Notes: generated from the sequence alone by a model not told the origin. DNA of 64,000 bases from Octopus vulgaris (GCA_951406725.2 OX597839.1:33170001-33234000); one strand, 5' to 3'. Counted from the stretch's first letter, positions 1 through 49,561 are shown. Numbers and translations: made by a program.

Positions 1-1163
1 CTAATGGGTTAACCCTTTCGTTGTATTAATCCTGGATTATCTCATAGCTATGAGATTTCAGTGATCCGGCTGTTCAGTTTTAGTATTGACATTGTGGGGT
101 AGGCGTGAGAGGCCTGTTCTGGCTGGTGCGAATGTAAGGCATTGTTTTTAGAATGACATTGTAAGGTACGTGTGAGAGGCCGGATCTGCCCTGTTCGAAC
201 ACAAAACATGGTTTTAGAATGACATTGTAGGGTGTGTCTGAGAGGCCAGATCCAGCCAGTTTCAACCTAAAACAGGTTAAATATTTGTGCCTGATTTGAA
301 TGGTGAAGGGTTAAAGTCCATCTTCCATGCTGGCATGGGTTGGATGGCAGAATCGTTAGCGCGCTGGGCGAAATGCTTAGCGGTATTTCGTCTGCCGTTA
401 CGTTCTGAGTTCAGATTCTGCTGAGGTCGACTTTGCCTTTCATCCTTTCGGAGTTGATAAACTAAGTACCAGCTACGCACTGGGGTCGATGTAATTGACT
501 TAATCCATTTGTCTGTCCTTGTCTGTCCCTTCTGTGTTTAGCCCCTTGTGGGTAGTAAAGAAATGGGTTTGACAAGATTTGACAAAGCTTGAGGGCTGCA
601 CCAAACTCCAGTGTCTGCTTTGGCATGGCTTCTATGGCTGGATGCAGTGTCCTGGGTGCTTTGTATGTGGCACCAACACCAGTGAGGTCACCAAGTAATC
701 TGCGAGACAAGACTCATCAACTGAGAAGTGGTGGGAGTAGAAGTATTAAGGGAGGTGGCTTTACACCAGTTGATGACGGAAGACCAAAGTATGATAGAGG
801 GACAAGAACAGGTGTCTTGTTGTTGCTAAGCAACAAGACAGGTAAGGGTGATTAGGTGATTGTCTTGGGCTTAGAGGCGGGTGACCCCAGACCTTGGAAA
901 AAAAACAAACTTTGGTCGTCTTGTAGTCGAGGGCTCTTCGTTGGCGCCTGACACCACTGGGAGGTGGCCCACGAAGTCGCTGGAAATGGAGATCTCCAGG
1001 TCCAAATTCTTGGACAGCAGAACAGGTGTCCTGTAGTAGAGGAGATACATGGCTACCCCAGGGGTGTCAGGGTGTACACTCGTGGTACAAGGAGGTAAGT
1101 TAATTAATATTTTCAGTTTGTTAATTGCAAATTTACCTTTGTTTCCTCCTTCTCTGTGTTCAG

Positions 1164-36989
<35,826 letters not shown>

Positions 36990-37062
36990 GTAAGTCTGCT
37001 CCTCCTCTTCTTCTTCTTCTTGTTCTTTATTATCATTATTATTATTATTGTTATTATTATTA

Positions 37063-37094
<32 letters not shown>

Positions 37095-39629
37095 GTTATT
37101 GTCTTTCAATGTTGGACTTTGTTTTTATTGCATAATTTCCTTTGATAAAATTATAGAACTTCATTGTTTTTTTCCCCCAATTCTGTTTCCTTGTAACATG
37201 TGGTGTGTGTGTGTGTGTGTGTAATAGCTGTGTGTATTTGGTGTGTGTAGGGTGTAATGGGCTCATGTGGGATGAGTCAGGTGTATGTGTGAGTGCATGT
37301 GTATGAGGGGGTGTAATTGTATATGTTGTATGTGTTTGTAATGTTTGTTGTTTCAAAGCCTGGTGAAGCAGACCTATCCAACCGTGACCATCCTGTCTTT
37401 TTGTATACCTTGGTCTGCATTAACCACTGTGACAATCCTTTTTTTTTTAAAAACATCAGAGTGTGAGTGGAGGGAGAACATGGAGGGGATTTTGTTATCC
37501 TCTCACATGGGACGAACCCGTTCATGATGGTGCCATCATAAAACACAGCCATTCCATATCGTAAAATTCATGCAACCACATGTTCAGTCAGCTTTAATCT
37601 GTTTCTGTGTGTGTGTGTGGGTGTGCATGTGTGTGTCATATGTGTTTGTATTTGGTGTGTATATATATGTGCCGTGTTATCTGGCTTTGTGTTTGTGTGT
37701 GTGCACGTTCATGTATTTGGTGTGTATATATGTGTGCCATGTTATCTGGCTTTGCGTGTGTCATGTGACTACATGTGATCATATGCCACATGTTCACATT
37801 CATGTGCATGTGTGTACACATGTGTGTATTTGTATGTGTTTCATGTAAATAAATGTCGGGAAAAAGTGAAAGGCTGTAATTTTCTCTCAGTTAAACGGCC
37901 AAACTCAGATGTCCATGTGTGCATTCGTTGAAAGCCAGTGGTTTCTAACGTGGTTAGCAGTATCTGTTTGAGGGCTTCGCGACCCCATAAGGGAGCGGCA
38001 AATGTGAAGGAATGCTATGGGTGGGTGGGGTGGTGCAGTTTTGAATTTTTAGAGGGATCAGGACTTTTCTTAAAAGTGAAATATTCAGACCGGGAACTGC
38101 ATTTTTATACTAAATATCAGAGACGAAAAAAAAAAAAAGAAAAAGGGGTTAAAATATGAATTGAGTATTGTGCTGTCAGTGAGCAGAAAACCGGACAGTT
38201 GATGTGCCAAAGTGGAAGATAGGCCTTTGAGGACTTTGTCTTCACTGTTCTGCAGAGAAGCGGAATTGTCTCTTCTGCTTCTCTGCATCTTTCATGCAGT
38301 TTCCTTTCAGGTTTTGGTGTCCCTGAAGAAAGGCCTTCCTCTTCCAGCTCTTGTTTGTTTACAATAGTTGTCAATGCTTTTGTGACTCGTTTTCTAGGTA
38401 GGGATTTTGGCCCTTCGCAAACCCATACTTACCTTTTGCAAGAGGGGGTGACTCATATTGGCTTTGGCTCCTATCCTTTGACTTGTCCAGTATGAGAGGC
38501 CTTACCAGGAGCTTGCATTACACTGGCATAGCTCTGAGGGTCATTGAAGCATGCAACCCTCCACATCACAATAAAAACTTGATTTTGTGGTAGCTGATGT
38601 ACCTAGGTCCAGTATAAGGGCAGAAACGTTAGCACGCCGGGCTAAATGCTCAGCGGTATTTCGTCTGCCACTACGTTCTGAGTTCAAATTCTGCCGAGGT
38701 CAACTTTGCCTTTCATCTTTTTGGGGTCGATAAATTAGGTACCAGTTACGCACAGGGGTCGATGTAAACGACTTAATCCCTTTGTCTGTCCTTGTTTGTT
38801 CCCTCTATGTTTAACACCCCTGTAGGCAATAAAGAAATAAGTATAAGTCTTTGCCCCCTGTAATAAATTCCCTTAAAAGTTTAACGTAGGGGCCACTGAT
38901 CCATGCAAATATCTAAAAAGAAGGGCTTACTGTGTGGTTTTAATAAACCACAGAAAACAAACAGATTCTGTTAAATTAAAGTAATCTGCTCTTTTGCGTC
39001 TTTGTTTTCTTTTCTGCTAATCCTGTAGTGTTGGTATCTGTAAAATACAGTCCCCTAAAAAGGGGCCGACGCTGTTGTAAGAGTGACGCCGATGACTTCG
39101 TTTTCCTGGATGTTGTTTCGTCAGGCAGTTTAGTGGACACATATTTCCGGTTGTGATAGTTTCTTTTCTATTATTACAAATGTTTCTCGCTGTTCCCTTT
39201 TGCGCAGTCTTTAAAATATCTACCAGTATTATACTGCAGGTAATTTAATCCACTGTTTACTGAACTGGGTACTTTCAGTTATAAAATCAGGCCTGCACAC
39301 CACTTTCCGGCAAAAATATACACTCCTTTTTCCGGGTATGACAACAGAATTATCTCCCTTACAAACAGCTTCAAGACAACGAGAGTTATCGACCTTTGCA
39401 AAGAAGTTATCGCCCATGGTTTTTTTAGTCTTATTTGCAATTTTTAGTAATTTTATAAATTAAGACACTCACTCATTAAAATTTCCACCCATTTCCTTCT
39501 TTATTTTTCTGAAATGTTCGTTGCGCCTTGCAACCTTTTCAATAATTGTTGACTCTGTCCGTTATTCACACTGCGTTCTTTTTGTTTGTTTGTGCACATG
39601 TGTGTGGCTCAGTGTGTTGGTGTGCATAC

Positions 39630-39661
39630 AGATGTATGCATGTATGTATGTGTGTGTGTGC

Positions 39662-39697
<36 letters not shown>

Positions 39698-39960
39698 ATG
39701 TATGTATATAGGTGTGTATGCGTGTGTGTATGTGTGTGTGTGTATGTATGCTTGTATGTATGTATGTGTGTGTATGTATGTATACATGTGTGTGTGTATG
39801 TATGTATGTATGTGTGGGTGTGTATGTATGTATGTATGTATGCATGTGTATGTATGCATGCATGTGTGTGTATGTATGTATGTATGTATGTATGCATGTG
39901 TGTGTATGTATGCATGTGTGTGTATGTATGTATGTATGTATGTATGCATGCATGTGTATG
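39630..39960. repeat. (TG)n/(TATG)n compound microsatellite
   Basis: Seen directly. Confidence 0.9.
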
Positions 39961-40504
39961 CACACTGACCCCCACACATGCATGCATGCTTATACACCAT
40001 ATGTGTATATGAAAAGATATATATATATTAGTCTTAAACAAGAATGCTGTTGGCAGTCACCTCGAAGTTTCGGTCAGTGACTTCGAAGTCATTGTCAAGA
40101 AAATCATTCGTTAAGAATAATTAATTTGTATCTACAAAATTGTAGAGTAACACTTAAAAAAATTTATGTAAAATATGCATGCGTGTATATGCATATGTGT
40201 CCCTGTGTGAAGTAAAGTGTGTGTGTATATATGGTCATGTGTTTCAGTCTATGTGTGTATGTGTGTGCATATGTGTGCTTGCCTGTTCATATAACCTATG
40301 TACCTATCCATCTGTATGTTGATCTGTTTACTTTCATATCCATATGCTTATACACATGTGCATATATATATATATATACACACACACATATACATACATA
40401 CACCCACACACATACATCTATCTACATAACAGTCCACTAACTATTCTACTCTACTTGTGTAAACTGTGGGTATGGGGGTATGATATCTACTATGTATATT
40501 TCCT

Positions 40505-40726
40505 ATTTAGCAGGAGATACTCTTGTATTTGTCTGAGTGTTGGGTCCTTGGATAAGATGCGGATGTCAAGTTGACCCAAATTACCTCCCTGTTGGTCCTT
40601 GGCATGTTGGTAGAGTATGGAGGACTGTCTTTTGTCGTCTTATTGTCTCAGATGTTCATTTAGTCATTCTGCTATGCTCCTAGATGTCTCCCCTATGTAC
40701 GTCATGTTCATGTCTTTGAAAGCACC
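40505..40726 (-). mobile_element. Penelope-like GIY-YIG endonuclease relic
   Basis: Minus-strand translation TYIGETSRSIAE*LNEH...SILYQH...DPTLRQIQE, with stop codons. Confidence 0.75.
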
Positions 40727-41142
40727 TTCTATGTATTTTATACACACACACCATCATGGACACACACTGACCTACACATGCGCACAAACAAACAAAAGGA
40801 ATGCAGTGTAAATAACGGACAGTGTCAAAACTATTGAAAAGGTTGCAAGACGCAACAAAATTTTAGAAAAATATAAAAGAAATAAGTGGAAATTTTTACC
40901 GGTGAGTGTGTTACATTATAAGGCCCCAATAGAAAATGACTCTCCCCAGACACAACAGAATATGCTTCAACACACAAACTCACATAAAGAATCTTACAAA
41001 CCAAATCCAAAAACGAAATTGCTTTGACATTATTATTATTATTATTGTTCAGGTCACTACTTGTGACCTGAACAACAATAATAATAACAACAACATCAAA
41101 AAATACCTTAGGAATGAGAACCCAGGTTCGAAATTTCCCCAA

Positions 41143-41188
41143 GACACCTGATGAAGGCTGGAGGGTATATCAGCCGAAACGTGGTGTT
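41143..41188 (+). ncRNA. Minimal type I hammerhead ribozyme motif (Penelope-like element); cleavage triplet mutated
   Basis: gacac-CTGATGA-a-ggctg(gagggtatat)cagcc-GAAAC-GTG-gtgtt. Confidence 0.7.
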
Positions 41189-42940
41189 AACAACAAACGA
41201 GATGAGGACAAATATCCGTCGGATGTAAATAATTCCTCATCTCTTAAATATAGAACAAAATTGCTTTTGTTGTTAAATAGATTTATCTGCAAAGCATATC
41301 AATAGTTTGTCTTAAGCTGGATAATGACCCTCACTGGTGAAACTCCATAGGAAATGGTTCAGACATGTCAAGCTTGAATTAGGTGATGCAGAATTAGGAC
41401 ATGAAATTACAAGAGATTATTTTTCAAGTGATCAACCCATGTCGTCCTAGAATTGCCCCTGTTTTGTTATCTCTGAAGTTCTTCACTTGAGATGGACTTA
41501 GCATTTGTCGTCTGACTATGCTGATTCACTTACTCAATAAACAGAATTACCCATCCCTCAATACATAAGTGACCGAGTATTCCTCAGACACATGTAACCT
41601 TAATGTAATTCTCAGGTAGAATCAGAGTGACACGAAGTACCTCATGAATATGTTCACCCAAGCACTTTCTTTTATACACACACACACATATATATGTATG
41701 TATATATCACGTGATCGACCAGACCATCAGATGTTGTTACACATCGCTGGTCACAATGCGTTTAGCCTTGTTTTAGCCTTCGAATGATGCCACCCCGCTG
41801 GCTAAGCGAGCAGGCCAACAGAAGAAAGAGTGGTGAAAGAGTACAGCAGGGATCGCCACCATCCCCTGCCGGAGCGTCGTGGAGCTTTCAGGTGTTTTCG
41901 CTCAATAAACACTCACAACGCCCGGTCTGGGAATCGAAACCGCGATCCTACGACCGCGAGTCCACTGCCCTAACCACTGGGCCATTGCGCCTCCACATGT
42001 ATGTATGTATGTATATATATATATATAATACTTTTACAAGGATGTTTCCGATTGTAGTCATCTAATGGAGGTTGCTGCCAAAGTTCATCTTGTGAAAGTA
42101 CAAAAAATTTGAATTCTGCTAAAATGCATTGAATAATTCTACAGTATAATGTTAAATTGTTTTTAATAAATTTATTAAATTTATATACATGTGTGTGTGT
42201 GTGTGTGTATGTAAATGTATGTATATATATATGTGTATATATATATGTAAATGTATGTAAATATATATATGTGTATATATATATATATATATATAAACCA
42301 GCTTAGAGAAGAAGAAGAAAACGAAACGAATCGAATCGACGCGAAGGTGCTCAGTCATACAATAGTGTAATAAATAAAATATATGCATACATACAAACAT
42401 ATATGTACGTACCTACATCTACATGTATATATACATGCATATATAAATATATATATACGTGTGTACAGGACACCACAAATAGACGTAGAACTCAACGAGA
42501 AATGAAAACGTAAAAACAGCATGGAACGGACCATTTTTTTAACAACGAAAAAACAGAGTACAAGACAACTACACAAGGAAAAATCCCCTTCATCAGCTGT
42601 CCCTAGTTCAACTCCAGCGTGTATATGTTGTTGTTTTTCGGGATGGTTGCTTTTTGCCAAATAATCACACATGCACTATATATATTCGTTCTTCACTTGT
42701 TCATTGCTGTTCTTATTCTAACTGATGTCCATTGTCCAAAAATCTTTTGTCACACATCTGTGACCTCTTCAGCGACACTTTCTGTCCTCGTGTGAGCTCT
42801 GCTCAGTCCATTCTGTCCAGAAAAAAATATGACTGTCCTCAAACATAACAATATCTGTTGCACATGGTAACCACATCAGGAATCTTGCAACACACACACA
42901 CTTTCATGTGTATGTGCATGTGTAAATATATGCATGTATC

Positions 42941-42975
<35 letters not shown>

Positions 42976-43089
42976 TGTATTTTGGGATGGTCATTTTTTT
43001 TTCTCCAAATAAATACACACACTATATATTTGTTCTTCACTTGTTTATTGCTGTTCTTATTTTAATTGATGTCCATATATATATATGTA

Positions 43090-43323
43090 TGGCACGTAAA
43101 AAGCACCATCCGATCGTGGCCGTTTGCCAGCCTCGCCTGGCACCTGTGCAGGTGGCACGTAAAAAGCACCCACTACACTCACGGAGTGGTTGGCGTTAGG
43201 AAGGGCATCCAGCTGTAGAAACACTGCCAGATCAGACTGGAGCCTGGCGCAGCCTCCTGGCTTCCCAGACCCCGGTTGAACCGTCCAACCCATACTAGCA
43301 TGGAAAGTGGACGTTAAACGATG

Positions 43324-43330
<7 letters not shown>
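43090..43330 (+). mobile_element. Interspersed repeat family C with (GAT)n tail (RTE-partner-like)
   Basis: ggttggcgttaggaagggcatccagc...gacgttaaacgatgatgat; copies at 2577, 20860(-), 36388(-), 43706(-), 57880, 62060. Confidence 0.75.
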
Positions 43331-43370
<40 letters not shown>

Positions 43371-43409
43371 GTCTGTGTGTGTGTAAATATATGCATGTGT
43401 GTGCAAATA

Positions 43410-43469
<60 letters not shown>

Positions 43470-44264
43470 CACACACACACATATGCACATATACAAGTGT
43501 GTGTGTGTGTATATATCTTTCCTGTGTGCTAATATATGTTGTGGTATGTTACGAATATTTTGGTGTCTGATAACATTTTCTTAACATCACAGTCCCTCAG
43601 GAGGAGTTCTCACTTCAAGAAGTTTTTTTTTACGTAGAAATGAGTAAACAACAACAAGAGATCAAGAGACAAACTGTTATAATAATAATAATAATAATAA
43701 TAATAATCATCATCATCGTTTAACGTCCGTTCTCCATGCTAGCATGGGTTGGACGGTTCGACCGGGGATCTGGGAAGCCAGAAGGCTGCACCAGGCTCCA
43801 GTCTGATCTGGCAGTGTTTCTACAGCTGAATGCCCTTCCTAATGCCAACCACTCTGTGGGTGTAGTGGGTGCTTTTTACGTGCCACCTGCACAGGTGCCA
43901 GGCGAGGCTGGCAGCAGCCACGGTCGGATTGGTGCATTTTACATGCCACCGGCACGGAAGCCAGTCATGGCGGCACTGGCTTCGGCAATAATAATAATAA
44001 TAATATTAATAGTGACTACAACCACCTGTGTCTGTTCTTCTCCTTGAAGAGTCAGCATCATATATCTGTCTTGTTGGAGTTCTTTGAGGCGATTGTTGCT
44101 TTCTTATTTCTTGCATTCTCAGTGTGGCACTAAAAGTCAATGAGGATGAAGATAAACAGATCGTTCACAGGAACATTTCAATAAGAATCCAATGAACTTA
44201 GAGTTGTGTGTGTGTGTGTGTGTGTGTGTGTGCATAAAATATATGCATGTCTATATATATATGT

Positions 44265-44497
44265 GGCGGCGGTGAGCTGGCAGAAACGTTAGCACGCCGG
44301 GCGAAATGCTTCGCCGTATTTCGTCTGTCGTTATGTTCCGAGTTCAAGTTCCGCCAACGTCGACTTTGCCTTTCATCCTTTCGGGGTCGATGAATTAAAT
44401 ACCAGTTACGTACTGGGGTCGATGTAATCGACTTAATCTCTTTGTCTGTCCTTGTTTGTTCCCTCTATGTTTAGCCCCTTGTGGGTAGTAAAGAAAT
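44265..44497 (+). mobile_element. tRNA-derived SINE family B
   Basis: gagctggcagaaacgttagc...gagttcaa...ctttgcctttcatcc; copies near 345, 15638, 38620 (+) and 18270, 21240-21930, 29820, 32680 (-). Confidence 0.8.
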
Positions 44498-44668
44498 ATA
44501 TATATATATATGTGGCTGTGTGGTAAGTAGGTAGCTTACCAACCACATGGTTCTGGGTTCAGTCCCACTGCGTGGCATCTTGGGCAAGTGTCTTTTACTA
44601 TAGCCTTGGGCTGACCAAAGCTTTGGAGTGGATTTGGTAGACGGAAACTGAAAGAAGCCCATCACATA

Positions 44669-44726
<58 letters not shown>

Positions 44727-44949
44727 TGTATGTGTGTATATGTTTGTGTGTCTGTGTTTGTCTCCCCAACATCGCTTGACAACCGATGTTGGTGTGTTTA
44801 TGTCCCTGTAACTTAGCGGTTCGGCAAAAGATACTGATAGAATAAGTACTAGGCTTACAAAGAATAAGTCCTGGGGCCGATTTGCTCGACTAAAGGTGAT
44901 GCTCCAGCATGGCCGCAGTCAAATGACTGAAACAAGTAAAAGAGTAAAG

Positions 44950-44984
<35 letters not shown>

Positions 44985-45654
44985 ACACAAATATTCTATA
45001 ATTATAAAGATAATTATAGAAAAGGCTTTTAACTCCTATTTCGAAATTTGGTATGTGTTGAAGCAATTAGCTGACCCCTGATTATAATTATGTTTATAAT
45101 TATAGAATATTTGTATAATTTTACCAAAAAATGTTATTTTAATGTACTGAACTATTTGGTAAAATTATTAATTAATTAATTGATTAATTAGCTAATTAAT
45201 TAATTTTACACTTTTATTATTATTGAAATTATATATATGGTTGAAATTTGTAGAAAAACAAAAGACGAAGACAGGTGTATAAACAACAAACAGGTGTATT
45301 AGTTTAATACTTGGGAAGGTGAGAAAGTCTTTTAGGTTTTGAGCCTACCTTGGATAATGTGGCGTGGAGAGGGGAGGCTGGTATGCACAGGCGACTGCTG
45401 GTCTTCCATAAACAACCTTGCCCAGACTTGTGCCTCAGAGGAGAACTTTGTAGGTGCAATCTCAGGATTATGACCGAAGGGGGTCCCCAGTGTGTATGTG
45501 TATATGTACATGTGTGTGTATATATATATATATATATTGTTGTGTATTTGGGGATGGTCATGTTGCCAGTTTAGCCAATAAAAAAACACGCACTATATAT
45601 ATTTGGTGTTAATTTGCTTCAGCTTTATTTTATTTTTTACATTAATCGTACTTC

Positions 45655-45700
45655 GGCCAGAGTTCTTTTGTCACACTTCTGTGACCTCATCAGTGGTCTC
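45655..45700 (-). ncRNA. Degenerate hammerhead motif (GAAA changed to AAAA)
   Basis: Minus strand: gacca-CTGATGA-g-gtcaca(gaag)tgtgac-AAAA-gaactc-tggcc; related copy near 42745-42778. Confidence 0.5.
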
Positions 45701-46045
45701 TCAGCCAAAACATTGTGTTAACAAACAAGATGAGGACAAATATCCATCAAATGTAAATAATGTAAATAAAGTTAAATACTGGTTTGTTAGTCTGTAGAAT
45801 CATATCTGTCGTATTCCACAGAAATCGGTGCCAGGCAAGTTCTTGATAGTTTATCTCATTCTTCTCACCAAATCTGTATTCCACGATTCTTTACTGTTTA
45901 TAGCAAGCTTTAAATAGACATTTATTTATATTGGTCACTCATACATACATACATAATGAAGCTGTTGCATAATTCTTGGAGAGATTTTTGTGTCTCAACC
46001 ACAAAGTGAAGGTTTCATTTCTATGTAAACCACATTATTATTTGT

Positions 46046-46417
46046 GGAGGCGCAATGGCCCAGTGGTCAGGGCAGCGGACTCGCGGTTTCGATTCCCAAA
46101 CCGGGCGTTGTGAGTGTTTATTGAGCGAAAACACCTAAAGTTCCACGAGGCTCCGGCAGGGGATGGTGGTGGTCCCTGCTGTACTCTTTCACCACAACTT
46201 TCTCTCACTCTTACTTCCTGTTTCTGTTGTACCTGTATTTCAAAGGGCCAGCCTTGTCACTCTCTGTGTCATGCTGAATATCCCCGAGAACTACGTTAAG
46301 GGTGCACGTGTCTGTGGAGTGCTCAGCCACTTACACATTAATTTCACGAGCAGGCTGTTCCGTTGATTCGGATCAACCGGAACCCTCGTCGTCGTAACCG
46401 ACGGAGTGCTTCCATCC
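46046..46417 (+). mobile_element. tRNA-derived SINE family D with 14-bp target-site duplication
   Basis: TSD aaaccacattatta at 46027-46040 and 46418-46431; related heads at 4828, 18998(-), 41995(-). Confidence 0.8.
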
Positions 46418-46439
46418 AAACCACATTATTACTTTCATT

Positions 46440-46481
<42 letters not shown>

Positions 46482-46884
46482 GAGAGAGAGAGAGAAAGAG
46501 TGGAATGTCAGAAACAAAAGTACGTGTCAATGTTTGAATAGCAACTCAAGAATTATAATAGTTAGCTGAGCTTCGTTACCACAGGTAACAACTGTCTTTC
46601 TTTGTGATTTCTGGCATAACTGAATTAATATTCACCATGGACGACACTTAACTACATATTTATTATTAGACATTTGGATAAACTTGTTAAACCATTTGGA
46701 AATACACGAAATTCTGCTAAAAGGTGTTTTATTATCGAAGATGTCTATGTTGAGTGCCAGACAATATATTTTCAAAGACTTTGCCACCTGTTTCGGTAAA
46801 TCTTGTTATTTTGTTTCAATGATATATGTTTTTGAGTTTGTATGTGTTTGTGTGTGTACATGTGTGTGTTGTGTATGTGTCTTT

Positions 46885-46890
46885 ATGTAA

Positions 46891-46922
<32 letters not shown>

Positions 46923-47350
46923 ACGTATATATATGTATATATATATATATGTATATATATTTATATGTATATATATATTTATATTTATATGTATATATAT
47001 TTATATATATATGTATATATATTTATATGTATATATATATTTATATATATATGTATATATATTTATATGTATATATGTATATATATTTATATGTATATAT
47101 GTATATATATTTATATGTATATATGTATATATATTTATATACATATATGTATATATATATTTATATATATATATATATGTATATATATTTATATATATAT
47201 ATATGTATATATATATATGTATATATATTTATATATATATATATGTATATATATTTATATATATATATATGTATATATATATATGTATATATATTTATAT
47301 ATGTATATATATATGTATATATATATATACACACACGCACACATACACAC
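46885..47350. repeat. (TA)n-derived low-complexity array
   Basis: Seen directly. Confidence 0.9.
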
Positions 47351-47772
47351 ACGTAAACAAATTTAAAGAAAGAAAAATATATTTAACTCTTTTTGTGTTA
47401 CAATAAATTTGTTGTTAGCCTGGTTGTAAATGAATAAAGCACCTCATGTAATGCATTTTTTCATATATTAGACATTAGTGCCCCTCCCCTTAGCTATTAT
47501 CAAAGCAACACCAAAAAAAAAAAAAGAAAAATCAATTCTGTGTCCCCTAAACCCTCCCAGTTTTAGAATATTTAAAGTATGTTGCTGGTGCTGGTATTGC
47601 TAAAAATAAATACCACCAATACCACTACTACTACTACTACTACTACTGCGACTGCTACTACTACTACTACTACTACTGCTGCTGCTGTACCTGTTCCTCT
47701 TTCTGTTGTTGCTCAATGTTGTTTTTCTCTCTTTCCGACCCTTCAACCCCGCCACTCTGCTCTGCTTTGCAG

Positions 47773-47832
47773 CCCGAAAGACGCGGCGTCTCTGTCAGCC
47801 GAGATACACCGCCACGTTGACGTCTTGGGACT
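47773..47832 (+). CDS. Candidate 60-nt phase 1-1 cassette exon (SRKTRRLCQPRYTATLTSWD); could instead be a longer or terminal exon
   Basis: Strong polypyrimidine tract and tgcag acceptor ending 47772; T|gtgaga donor; in frame with the 36867-36989 exon. Confidence 0.4.
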
Positions 47833-48988
47833 GTGAGAGCACGTCCGATGACCTGCAATCGTCGTGCAGGCAATGCTCAAATAGTCTCATGCAGCACGTG
47901 CAGAACGTCCTACATGTCTTTTGCATCACATGGCAACCGAGCACCACCATCACCTCCACCACCTCCACCAACCAGAGAAACAAACTTCATTCTGGTGGGA
48001 ATACAGACATACATATACATATATATGTATATATGCGTGTATATATATAATATATATGTATATATATACTCTTATTGATTGTTTTTATTCTGCATCTTTT
48101 TACACTTGGCTGTTTTCGTTTGGCAAATATTTTGGCAGTTTTTTTTTAGAGTTATGCTGTTTTATTTAATTTTTTTTTATATATAAATTTTTGTTGTTGT
48201 TGTGAATTTGTGTGTGTTTATTGGTGATGCATTTTTCCTTAATCCTTAATAATATTTTCCCCCCTTATTCTTTGCTAGTTTATTTTGAATTGTTTTGCCA
48301 GCGTTAGGTTTTGAAGATTTCATTTAAAAAAAAAAAAAAAAATGTTATTATATGTACACTCTCTCTCTGTCTCTACACAGATGCATGCATGCATACATAC
48401 GTACACACATAGTGATAATTTGGAATGGCTGGGGTTTTCAGAAAAAGAAATCAACTAGTTAAGACTCATATTGCAAAAAAAAATCTGTAAGCAGAACAGT
48501 AAAAGTGTGCGAGATTTTTCCAAGTTCAAAATGTGACATTGTTTTTGTTGCCTGCATTCTAACAATAAAAATGTGTATCTTTGTTAGAAACCAGTTCCTT
48601 CCTTACAGGAAGGCCTCAAATTATGAAAAACGAAAGAGAACATACATACATAATAAAAGACATACATGCAGCGTACATACATACATACATACATTCTTAC
48701 ATATACACATACCTGTAGTAAGAATTCATGCACTTGGATTTCTTAGGAGATACCCAAGTGATTGTATGGGAAAGCTGGGGTTTTCAGGAAAAGAAATCAA
48801 CCAACTCACACATTACAAGGTACAATCTGTAAGTGGAGCAGTAAAAATATGCAAGACTTTTCTGAAGTTGAAAGTGTGAATTTGTTTTTGTTACCAACAT
48901 TTCAATGGTGGGGCTTTATATCTTTATCAGAAACTAATTACTTCATCAGAGAAAAATTTCAAATAATTAAAAATAGTATATATGTATA

Positions 48989-49561
48989 CACAGATATGCA
49001 GGAAGTAAATAGACACCTTTAATTTTTCAAAATCTTTTATTTGATATTAATTGGTTGAAGGAGAGGTTTTCTTCTAGCTGCTCGTCCATTATACCCAAGC
49101 TTATGCAGATGTGTAACACACGTTCTTGGACTAACTTCTAGCTGTTTTGCAATGTCAGAAGCCTTCGAACGGGGTTCGTTTTCCACAATTCTCTTCAAAC
49201 AGCGAAGCTTCCTTTCCGAGGGCCCAGGTCGGCCGGGACGAGAATCTGTTGATTCTTTTCCAAGGCTTTTGAATTGCCCTATAATTCTATTAACAGTAGC
49301 AAGAGGAATTTGAAGATTTTCACCAATTTTTCACTGGCTAAGACCAGCCTCAGATTGCCCGATAAATTGACTTCTTTGAAAATCTGACAGTTCTGATGAA
49401 TTTTTTGTGCGTGGAATGGTTACTCTTCGCAAATGTTTGATATAATGGCACCTGGAATGAAAAAGATTAATTACATTGTAAATTCTATACCGCTGAAAAC
49501 ATTAAAACACATAGATCAGAAATTTTGAAAATTAAAGGTGTCTATTTACTGCATGTCTATG
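48989..49561 (-). mobile_element. Internally deleted Tc1-like transposon
   Basis: ~40-bp TIRs (taaatagacacctttaattttcaaaat), TA flanks; minus-strand HTH relic ELSDFKRSQFIG...SRPGRP...RAARRKPLL with stops. Confidence 0.8.

Noticed and set aside
805-1034. GC-rich insert bounded by duplicated agaacaggtgtc(t/c)tgt
   Set aside because: Probably a small insertion with a TSD inside another repeat; the ORFs have no recognisable product
38160-38575. GC-richer block with short ORFs
   Set aside because: Resembles a degraded minus-strand RTE LINE fragment; not an aPKC exon
42585-42600. CTGATGA on the minus strand (another on the plus strand at 3546)
   Set aside because: No matching stem II or GAAA, so not a hammerhead
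46046-46120. tRNA-like sequences at SINE heads
   Set aside because: No complete cloverleaf; they run on into SINE bodies
46566-46590. cacag|gtaaca as a possible recursive splice site
   Set aside because: Poor polypyrimidine tract
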